Positions 50,556 to 62,000 of a stretch of DNA of 64,000 nucleotides are shown in pieces. Position numbers and translations under genes: made by a program. This DNA comes from Amphiscolops sp. MND2022 (Eukaryota), in the NCBI GenBank assembly GCA_964187785.1, contig OZ076409.1, positions 29,018,001 to 29,082,000 on the forward strand, given 5' to 3'. Below the pieces are notes generated by a model, which saw only the letters and a program-made list of their open reading frames with translations, was not told where the DNA came from and did no database searches. Each line of letters opens with the position of its first letter. Positions within the stretch are counted from its first letter, which is position 1.

Positions 50556-53500
50556 ATGAACCAAGGTGACGATGAAAGCAACTACGTCCCTCCAAGGTTT
50601 TCAGATGACTCTCCTGCCTTGGGGCAACGCGTTTACGACACTGCGCGTGTCCAGCGTACCCCACAAATTGCTTTCATTCGAGACAGACTCGACCAAGGTC
50701 TGTCGCCAGCTACAGTAGCCGGGGTGGCGGCGATCATAGCCCAGATGGAGTCACAAGTGCAAGCCCCTATGCTGACGATATCTATCACTTCAGGCTTTCC
50801 TGGGTTCCAGCGATCTATGACGTTTCAAGATGGAGTGTGGTACGGCCATGATCTCACACATCACTTTACGGATGATCGTGCAGCGATCTCATACAGTCCT
50901 GCGAATGGCGGAGTCCATCAGACCAGATCTCTACAGATCCCTTCTTGCCCGCCTCCACCTCCACCGCCACCTCCTGTATCAATGCCACAAACAGTAGTGC
51001 GTGCAAGCACTTCTGCTCCTGCAGTACCTAACTTGTCCAATCAACCAATGGCAGAACAAGCAGTTATCTCAGCACTGCAAGCAGTAGCTATCAACCCTAA
51101 TTACGCTGATTTCATGCGATCCATGGAGCAGTGTTGGCCTGAACTACGCCAAATTGCTCTGCCCACTGTCACTATTCGCAACGAAAACGCCACTTTGAAC
51201 CAAACAAGTCAAGATGCTATCACTATTCCTCACGTCAATCCTCAGTCTGAACAGCCAGGGCACTCCCGCACCGTGACTGTAGAGCGCAGTCGTTCGCCTT
51301 CCCGCTCTTCTCAAAAGGGGGGAGGAGAGAGCCGCCCTGCCTCCAGAAAACGCAATGACCGTTCTCCAACAAGAATGAGTGCTCAACAACCACTAACTGC
51401 TCGTGACAGCCCCTCAAGCAAGCCACCACCCGACAAAAAGATCTCCAACGAGAAGGCCACAACCTCCAAGACGCCAAACCAAACAAAATCAAAAGTGTCG
51501 GAAGCATCCGTGCTTCCCTCACCCCAGCGACAACCAAACGCAACAGGCGAACAACAAGGACTGCCGCAGCCACCATCCACGCAGTCTACAACACGCGAGT
51601 CGCTGGCTCAGCGAACGATTTCTAAGCCTTCTACATCAAGACAGCCACAAACGGAGCAAACTGTGGGTTATCAAGGCACCCCTGAACCTCAGCGAACTGT
51701 CAAGGACATAATGGGTGATTACCCAGGATTGAAGGTAACCAACAGTGGTCCAACTGGAACCCCACTCCGCAAACAGGCAATTCAACGCCCAACTAAGAGG
51801 ACCTTTACAAAGCAACCGACGTACCTGAGTCCAATGCAAAACACAAAGGGCACGCTGATCACCAAGGACTCCCGACGTATCTGGGAATCGGCAGTTATTG
51901 TATCACCCGAATGGCTGTTTGAAAAGAACATGTGTCCTCCGAATGACGAAGAGCATGCGAAATTGAAGAAGGCGAATGTATCTGTATTCATGAATCGTCC
52001 AATTCGCCCCGACCACACCCCTACTAATGAGCCGCCATGGCTAGGGAAGGCAATGAATATTCTGCCAAACGTAGAAGACAACTACTTGGACGCCCTCAAC
52101 ATTGACCTTCGTGGGCAATTCGCTGACCGATACTTCCTCAACGCTGGAGAGACCTTCGAGATCAACCCGCGGTACGCCCGTGACCTCGAAGCCCAGCTAC
52201 CAATGCCAAAAGAAAGGTTGCAGCGTGCGCGCTTCGCCTTACTTGTAGACTCGACCTTCCTCAAAAATATCCCTATTGACAATGTGCTGTCAGACGTGAT
52301 GGTTTTCACTCTACCGCTGTCACGTATCCCCGAGATGGCTGAAGTGTTGGTCACCATGTTTGACCCCGAGATGACGGGGACCTTCAAAGAGCCACCCCCA
52401 CGCAGAGTGATCATCAGTAACATTCTCGATCACATGGCCTGTGAAGGACTAATGGCCCAGATCGCGAACGTTGAAATCATAAATCCAACTCCAGCACAGC
52501 GAGCAACAGTACGCAACGCAGCACTGAATGTGGCCCGAGCCATGGAAAAAGCCCAAAATATCCTAAAGAATAAACTCAACGTGCCAGTCTTGTTTGTAAC
52601 ACCCCCAGGTTTCTGCCAGTGGCATCCCGCCTTGCAGAGATTTATCTATATGGTAACAGAAATTTGCAAATGTAGAGAAATAGACTTTGCGATCTGCGCG
52701 CCCAATATGCGGATCAGCTCCGACGACTTGCGTCCCTCCTGGCTTTCCTACATGGGGTACGTTGCCTCAGTGTCTAAAGTGCTACAGTCAGTGGAAAAGA
52801 CAGGGAACGCGCAGCTGACAATCGATGATGCCATCTATTTTGATCACGGCACTCGTATGGGCTTGTTAGTATTCAACAACAACGGAGAAAGGCGAGTCCC
52901 AGAACCTAGCACGGCTGAATGTGAGGCAATCCGCCTGAATAACTGGATGGAGCGCGCGCGCTCCTCCGGTGGAAAGACTTGCATTAAAACTGATCTTTCG
53001 GAAGTCACCGCCATAATGAGCAAAATCCCCAGCGACCGAGAAGTGGAACGAGCCATCCCGCGAGTTCAATTTGCCCAGGACCTCACTATTGACCAACTAT
53101 CAGTGGGAATGAGGTATATCGCTGCAAAATTGACGAGCGAGACTCAGGCTGAAATCCAAGCCTTCAGCAGCACCTACGACGCTTGGTACCAGCGGCTGCA
53201 AACTACCACCGTAGCAGACATTGCAAAAGAACTTGGGATGTCAACCGACCAATTTGCCATCTGTTTGGGATTGGGTTGGAGTCCCGATGTTATTCGAGTT
53301 GAGTTCGGCTTGGACGAACACTGGTTGATCGAAATCAGCAAGATTATCGGCACCATGCAAGTAAACGAACTCTTTGCACTGATACTCACCTTCGGGCAGA
53401 AACGCTTCGTAGCTGGCCCAATGATGATATTGACCGACCTGGTTACTGAGTGTAATCTGGAATGGCTATTTTCGTATTTAGTGATTGCGCGAGGCAATAT

Positions 53501-54924
53501 CTCAGGCCTCACCGCCTTAGCCAAGCTGCTACAACGAAAAGACGCTCAGGATTATCCCGCTCACCTGGAGCGCATGACAACTTCGTTATATCACTGGATA
53601 TACTGCAGTCTGGTCTTTGCCTCGGGACTTTTCGTGGGCGTAGATAAGCACCAACCATTATATGACGGACGTCAGCTGGTGACCGAGGTAGCTGGATTTC
53701 TGACACCTAACCAGCTGGCAGATTTCACTTTGGCTGAAGTCGAAGACCTTGTACCGGTGTTAGCACCCGTGCTAACTCCGATATTTGGCCCAACCGGGAT
53801 ACTTCGCTATCCCACCAAGCCTCTGCGACTCGCCTGGGAGACACCAACAGTATCCATCCTGACTTTTCTGAAGAATGTAAAACCGTACAACTATCAGCAA
53901 ATGCTTGAACGCGGGCTGTTCCTGCTAATACCCCGCATGTATACCACCATAAAGAACGAAACGCAGCAGGACGAAAACCTGGCCGGCATTCTCAAAGCCC
54001 GGACAAAGAAGGCGTGCCCTTTACCTCGCGAATACGGCCCGGTGAATTGGTACAATTCGCCCCTAGATCACCATGGAATCCCACAGCGATTCAATTGGAG
54101 TTTCGCACACCTCAGGAAGTACGTGACCGAATGCGTACAAGCCATGGGCGGTCACACAAACCAGGGGTATAATTTTCAGATGATCAAGCTTCCAGCCAGA
54201 CTGGCGAGGACCCATCGGCTATGCCCGGGCTAAGCCAATCAGCATGGTTGAGAAAGGCTTTAATGAGCAGTACGCCTATCGCGATCACTACAAACTAGGC
54301 GTGTGGATGTCAAGGACCCTGGAGGAACGCCAAGGGCGCCTAAAAGGCTTGATCATCCCTCCACAGACAATGCCTGTTTGAAATCCAGAGGCGAGGGTCA
54401 CTATGGGAAGCGACATGCCAGCGGAGACCTGCTACCATGTCATGGAACTGCTGAGTGATCCCCTCGGACCCGAATGGGAAGCCTCCAGGCAAATTATAGA
54501 ACATGAAAACAGGGACAACTGGTCCAGAGCCTGCGGGCTCTGGGGCCGACCTGATCTACGCCCGAAACTCAGTGCCAAGCAGAAACGACCCATTGCCACC
54601 CGCAATAGACCGCTAGATCTACCACACCTGTTTAATGCCAGTAGATTGGATGTGCAGATCCCAACCTCCACGTCGACCACAAGTTCTGCCAATGTTAGCG
54701 GCTCAGCCAATGCAGCGCAAGAACATTCGCCAGAAGTCTCAACTCCCGTAGCTGCAGAAAATGGCCCTAGTGGCTCAAACACGACTCCCAGGACCCATGA
54801 AACTGCCAGCGCCGAACCAAGGCCAGTCCTGCGAGAAGGAAATGTGCGAAGAGGATCCCTGTCCGAACCACAACCGAAAGCCGACGTCTCCCCCAGAGCG
54901 CGTCACTTCTCCGCCACCCAGTAA
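50556..54924 (+). CDS. Accessory ORF2 of the retrotransposon (~1450 aa reconstructed): Pro/Ser/Gln-rich N-terminus, SGNH-like domain, helical C-terminal region
   Basis: A 1225-aa open frame continues after a CCAG duplication (54192-54199) as LPDWRGPIGYARAK..., through one TGA (54379, probably TGG), into ORF 54403-54924. It lies between pol and the 3' LTR. Confidence 0.85.
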
Positions 54925-56018
54925 AACAAACCTAACATTATTGCCATTCTGTTTTAAACTTCAATAGTCCTGTGCTAAATGAACCTTTGCGAAACCTCAT
55001 AGTTTCAACCACTGTTGTTGCTAAACTTTGATTTTGGAAGTGCCAATTGGTCATGGGTAAAAACCTCCAAGTGGAGATGAAGCCCCCGGGCTTCATCCTC
55101 CTCATTATTCCGTTTTGGGACCGGCAACCCAACCATAAAACTACGCCTTTGCATTGCCTTAGTTAAATGCAATATTCAATTTGCAATTTGTGTTTGCAGT
55201 TAGTGCTTTTTCAAGCTACCTTATGCTACCTTATGGATGCGCTGTGCGCACTCCGTGCTCTGAATTTTCGGTGCTATTACACCCTTTTAGTTACTAGTTA
55301 TTGTTTACACTGTTGCTATTGTCGAAAAAGACAAAAGGAAAAAAATGAAGGAAAAGGAAACAGAAGGAGAGAGATGAGAAATGGATAGAATAAAAAGATT
55401 GATGGACCTCGACCATTGTTTTTTCTTTGAGTTACCTGATAGGATTGAGAGTAAGTCTCGCAAAAGAAATTTTAAATTGACTGTACTTATTGGTTGATTT
55501 TATGGCAACTGCTTATCAAAAGAACTTTTATCAAACGCCAAGCAGTGCGAAGCTCCCGAGCTTCGGAAAATAAATTTTGAACTGTCATGTGATGGTCGTT
55601 GACCTTAAACCAAGTTTTAACACTAACGGCAATAAAAAATTTTTTTTTGTATGAAAGGCCGAAAAGAAATTTTAACGCCTGAATTGCTCACGACAGGCTA
55701 CAAAAAGTAATAACCTTGCCGTATAAGATTTGTATACGAAGTTGTATTGATTTGATCAAAATGCAGCAACGCTGGGTCAAAAACACTTCCACGAGGCCAA
55801 CTTGACGACGTCCCAATGAACTGCCCAGCGCTACTTGATGTGCACTCTACCTCCTCAGTGGGACATAGATGACCCTGGGTAAAGACTCGATAATGCCAAC
55901 CCACACTTGACGGGGACGTCAAGACTACACCCCGGGGAGTGTATGTAGCGATTACCTATCGAGTACACGATTTCGAAAGTTTCGATGAAAATTTCGTTCA
56001 AGGGACTATATCCCCTCT

Positions 56019-59000
56019 TGTAGCGATTACCTATCGAGTACACGATTTCGAAAATTTCGATGAAAATTTCGTTCAAGGGACTATATCCCCTCTACTGAAA
56101 AGTCATATTCCGCTGGACGGCAGCGTGTCTTTATTCAAGTACCTGCCCACAGAATTGAAGAGAATTTGAGCAAAAGACTCCGGGCAGACCCCAACCGAAC
56201 GAGAAGACTGCAGAAAAACACGGCGCTGTCAGAAAAAGACTCAAATTTCTGTCAAAACGTACTGAACTTTGTTCTAGCCAGTGCTTTCTTCAGCGAAGCG
56301 TTACAAGACGCTGTGATTACCGAAAATGAGTCAATTGGCTTGACCAAGCATCCGTGCTTGTGTCCCCGGCTAATTGCTGCCTCAAAAGTGCTAATTATGT
56401 AGTAATTTTCGTATTTTCTTGTTGTAACAGCTCGTGAGCTACTTATTTCGATTTCCTGTGTAACTTCGAAAAAACTTGATTTTTCCTTTCCACCACTTGC
56501 ATTTTTTAAAGGCTATCTAAGCGTTGGTTCCGAAGAAAAAGCGTAATGCGCGCTACTGTTAGCAATTACAGACTGGATCAGACCGGCGAGCACTTCTTAA
56601 GAAGCGGAATCCTCCTCTGACGGGACATTTCTTCGCCGAAGGAGGCAAAATGGACTCATGGCCATGGGCGCCTGTCCCGGGCAAATACCCATGCCATGTG
56701 TTCCTCCTGCTCTTATGGTTACGGCGACAATGGTGAGAGCTTGTCGTTACATGGAGAACACATTTTATGGCGACCACAGAGGGATTGCTTCGAAGTGCTT
56801 CCCTTAATGGTTTTAAAATAGCCGACCCTCTGGTGATTGACGCCAAGTACGACCCGACTCTGATGGAAAGAAGAGAGAAGCAGAGTTTTTCCACGTTTTT
56901 ACCCTGTGTGTGTTAATGAAGACTTCAAGCCCGGTGGATAAAGGTAAATCTTGTAAAAAAACGCTGTATGTTGTGATTTTCATGCTTTTTCAGTAGTTGA
57001 CAGGTAACGATCGAAATAGCCTACCCTCTTAACGGGTCACTCATAAAATTGGTCTAGCAAGCCGTTGGAAGGCTGCTAGAAGTGTTAGCAGGTGTTTTCT
57101 AGCCTTTTTCAGCTTTTTATGACCAATGAAGTGAGTGTTGAGAAGAGGACGATCCTTGCTCAGACGAATCTTACAATCTGCCGAAACGAGTTATACGACT
57201 CACCAATCCCATTTCTCGTACAGGCAACCTAGAGGAATGAAATTTGGTGGAGACGTACTACAAATGCTGACGTGTCTAATGGTGCAACCCGTTTGTCTCT
57301 AGCTGTTCTGGGTGATGAGCAAAAAGAACGAGAAGACACGACTCGTCAGTCCGGGTTGTATAATATTTTTGAGTCAGGTTGAAAAAATTTTTTGGGTTGC
57401 TCAAAATTTTGTGTACGACCACTTGCCAATGTTTTACGAGCCTTCTGTAACTAGGTGTGTGCTGTTGCACCTGTTTTGTGCGAAAAAAGTGCGTTTTTTC
57501 ATGTATTTTCGACGAAAAGTGCCAAATTTGGCCATTTTGAGGCGAAACACCTACATGAGCGCGAGCGCTCTTGGTGCTAGCCACACACCTGCAGAAATTA
57601 AATAAAAGTAGCTCAGGACTCTAATGAGTTCGCAAAAAACGCGACGAACTGCTCAAAGTTGCCCGAAAAGGCACTTAGTATAAATTTTGTGAGGAAAAAA
57701 CCCCGTTTTTGGAAGACTGAACATTTTTAGCACTTTGAATTTGTGGGGGAACTTGTATAGAAGCTTTTAAACACCCCCGTATGGTTGCAATTAGGTTGGG
57801 ATACGCCTGCCGGTACCCAACAATACCCATTTTGGTAATTATAACCACTACTTCTTGAAAAAAGTTACGAGAACTGTGATTTTGAGGTTTTTCTATAGTA
57901 CTCTTAGAAGAAACCCAATTTGACTATTGACGAACACTTTTACGCTTAGAATAGCCCCCGGGCTATTATTTTCAGTTTATTCAGTAAATTTAACGATCTA
58001 CAGTGAAGACCGCATCCCAAAATTCCTTTTCAGTGCTGAGAAAAGTAGAAAAATGCACTGAAAAACCTCCATTTTCCTAAAATCCGGACTGTCTCTGAGC
58101 TAAGGTCGGGTCATTGATTCTTGGACCTTAGCCAAAAGGTGGTTGCATTTTCATAACCACCACTAAAAATAACGCTAGTGCCGAAAATTTGGTGGACGTA
58201 ACTTTCACCAAAGTCGAAAAAAGTTCTCTAACGTTTCAACTTCAGGGGACTGTAAAACTGCCGAAATAATCCAAAACTGACGGACTGTCGGTGCCTTGTG
58301 TTTAACGGGCACACCTAATCGAGGGTTTATCCTAGTACTACGAGTAGTGGGGCAACACGTAGTTCCCATTTTTTTCAGCCCTACCACTTTTTGAGGTGAC
58401 CCTCTTAGCCAATTTGTGAAAAAAGTAGTCCAAAATTGTGTTTTTTGTATGAGTGTTGTCCAAGTAAGGTCGGAACCTCAAATAAGCGTCCGCGCTTTCA
58501 TTTGATGGTTTCACCGGCATTGTACACGCTCATCGACTGTAGCTACAAAGTTTCGTGTCAATCCAACCGGTACTTGGTGAGAAAATAGAAAAAACGTACC
58601 ACTCAAAAAGTTGGGCATAGAGGGTAATTTTTCAAATTTTTCCTGAGTGATCCGAGTACCTTAATTGAAAAACGAGGTTGAATTGCCGTTCATTTCTATC
58701 ATTTGTACCAGATACTACGTTGTTTTGCAAATTTTGAGCCCGCTAGCTTTTTTTCAGTAAAGCACAATCTTGAAATAAGCATGAAAATTGATGTATCTTG
58801 GTGACTAAGGGTACCGAACGTCCGAATCAGCCTGAATCTTGAAATAAGAACCTTAGCTTAGATTTGATTTTGCTATCGTGTAGTACACCTACCACAAGGT
58901 CAGGTGGCCAATTTTCAAGTGTCTCCGACGATTAGACGTTGCGCTCGAGGCATCTTAGTCATTTTTAAAGAAACCTGAAAAACTCAAAAATTGTCTAAAA

Positions 59001-62000
59001 ACTCGATTGTTTGCGAATTAGCTGTTCCGCAAGCCCCAAACGCACGGTTTCCGGCCCCACACCACGGTATCAACGCGCTATGTAAGTTTCACGCCGGTAC
59101 GACCCCTAGATCGATTTTTGACTTTTTCGAGACGTGTGAAATCATGAAAACTAACAGTTTGCGTAACCTTTGGAATTCTATAACGAGAACATTAAGCCGC
59201 ACGAACACCCGGCGATGCTCTAATTTTTCAAGAGGGGGGAGGAAGGACACGTCGCGACGCGCTGAAGCATCGAAAACACCAGACCCAACGGGGTGCGAGA
59301 CAAATCCCAGTGCAATATCAGACCTGACCTCAGACCCCAGGGAGGAAGATTGGCCAACTGATGACAGTTTCGTTATGGAACCCGATTTTTCAGACCCTAT
59401 GTCAGACGACGCATCGGAGAAGTATCAGGCCAAGCCGGTCGCCAGGACTACCGATGATATCGGAGGTTCAGCTGACGAGACAGGAAGTCAGACCCATACT
59501 TCCAAATGGTTGCTGGACTTACCCAGCGCTGTCACACCCTATGGTGTAGATGACACTGGAGCGTGGCCTAACTCCAACAAGACGAATGAAGATGAAGTAG
59601 AAATGAGCTGCCTGAATGCGACGGGGCAATTCAAAGCTCCAAGCACTGCGAGTGAGGGCACAGCTCATACCACAGAAGTACTCCAACAAATGTCCTACAT
59701 TGGGGGCATGGATTATGCCAGGGCACGTCTTCAAGAAGCTACGGCTCCCCGAGCATCTGGGAAGGGTAAGCAAGTACGGCCCCAGCTTTATTAGCACTAA
59801 CCAGTACTACAGGACCTCATGGCGATTCACGCTCATCCTCATCCTCATCAAAAGCTGCATCTGCCCGATCTTCGGCATATCGAGCCGTACATGAAGCAGC
59901 GAAAGCGCGCAAAGCTCTATTAGATGCTCAGATAGGCGTGAAGCAAGCTGCTTCACAACTGTCTGAGCGCAAGGCAAGGTGCGATAGAGAGCACCAGTCA
60001 ATAATGGAGGAAATAGAAGCCGTGCAGGCTGAATTGCGAACATCAACTGAGCGACAAGCGCAAGGACATGAAATTCAGGCCGCCCGAATGGATGCTATGG
60101 GCTATCGAATGGCCGAAATGAAAGACATGGTGGCCGAAAGAGAGGTGCGCATGGAAGCTCAAATGCAAGAGGTTTGTTCACAGATACAAGCAATGGGCAC
60201 TATGTTGAAAAATATCCAACCTCGACCCGCACCAGCGAGCAACACTATCAAAGAGTTGCTGCAAGACACTGATGTATCACTGCCAAAACCCATGAAAAGC
60301 GTCTCCCTCAAGCCAAAAGAGAGTGTGACGACTGCAACAAACCCATCTGGCTCTGAACAGCACTTGGCGAGGTACGCGCCTTTGCCACAACCTCTGGTCT
60401 CAAATGGAGAGGCCGCATCAACCTCGACGAAATTTATCCCGTCCGCGGTATCAACAAAATATATTCCACCCACGACCAAAGCTCACAAGAAAGAACCAAC
60501 GTGCGAGGTGATAACTATCGACACTTCAAGCATGGGTATCACCGGCCTGCGAGAGCCCACACACACAAACGAGCTAACTGAAGTCACCAGCACCTTCCAA
60601 ATAGCAAATGCAACTTTGGGAGAATCAGCTGCAGAATTCCAAACCGCGGACGATGGGTTGCCCCCGGGCAACCCATGCGCCAGCAGCACCCGACGCCGAG
60701 AAGTGACTATCCCCGAGAACACCGATGACTCTGTCAACTCAACGCGAGGCAGCAGTATCCCGCCACCAGCTATCACTGAAGAAGCGCCTATATCACCGGA
60801 GCAACTCAGGTTTACCGAGGCAATATCCAAGGCCATGTCCAAGGAACTGGCGCCGCTAATTGCTAATCGAGATCAAACTAGGGTCCGCCCTACGGTGTAC
60901 AAAGGCACTAAAGATGGTACTGTCGATGGATGGCTTCCAGTGATGAAGCGATTTCTAGAAAGGGTGCATGCAAAATCACCAAAGATCGACAAAGCCTGGG
61001 CTATCATCGACCACCTGGAAGGGGAGGCGAGAAATTATATAATCAACAAATCTGAACCTGAACGAGACGAGCCCGACAAGGTATTCTCTCTCTTGGCCAG
61101 CAGGTTTGGAACCGGTGGAAACCGCATGCACGTCAGGCAAAACTTCATGTCTCGTGTCCAACAGGAAAAAGAGGATTGGATGCAATTCTTGGACGCATTG
61201 GAAGGTCTGCGCACCCAAGGTTTCCCAGACGAGCCTATCACTACACGTCGTTATGAAATCCTGCAACGTTTTATAGATGGCGTCAATGACCCGACGCTGC
61301 GACAAGAGTTGGCCGTGGTGTACGCTGCGGAGACGTATTTGACTGAGCCACCAACTGTAGAATCCCTGAGATTCACCACGAGACAATTGCAACGGCATCG
61401 CCCAAACACGTCAAAACCTTACGACCCAAGGTATGCAATGAGATCGAGGCCTAATCCTTTCGTGCCAGGGAAATTGGTTCACCCGGCACCAGGCCTACCA
61501 CAAAATGTGCTGCCTCCAAACCAAGGACAGCGAGAGGCAAAGCCCCAGATGGCCCCACCAGGCCCGGCATCGGTAAAACAGGCTCCTGCACAGCAGCAAC
61601 CAGCGAGAGTGATTCCCCAAGGAGCATGCTTCAACTGTGGACTACCGGGTCACTTTGCGAGGGAATGCCCAAATCGAGACCTAGCAAGGAAACCCGCGGC
61701 TCGCGCTGCACCCGAAGAGCGAGTGAACCTGTGTGAGAACAATGTGGCCTCTGCATGTTCTGGCCCCGTATTCTGTGTTAACTGTGGCATGACCGAACAC
61801 TCTGCATCACAATGCCAAAATGTTCCAGTACATGAGGATTTGGCCTACAGCCTCTGGGCTGAACAGCCATCTGCTTCTCAAACGATGAGTGACAGTGAAA
61901 TGGTACTCATGCTACGCCCTGCTGAAGCCGCTCACGTGGCGACGCCTCTTACCGTCACATGTGGCAAAATCCAAATCCAGACGAACCCAGAGCCAACTAC

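Larger units (their letters stand above)
37447..56018 (+). mobile_element. Giant Ty3/Gypsy LTR retrotransposon, copy A (5' LTR from 37447; 3' LTR starts at 55944 and is interrupted after 75 bp)
   Basis: TGTAGCGATTACC start at 37447 repeats at 55944 after the purine-rich GGGGAGTGTA. Domain order is PR-RT-RH-IN. Confidence 0.95.

Noticed and set aside
50556..54924. ORF2 as a canonical envelope gene
   Set aside because: No signal peptide, no clear C-terminal transmembrane anchor, and a long disordered N-terminus.
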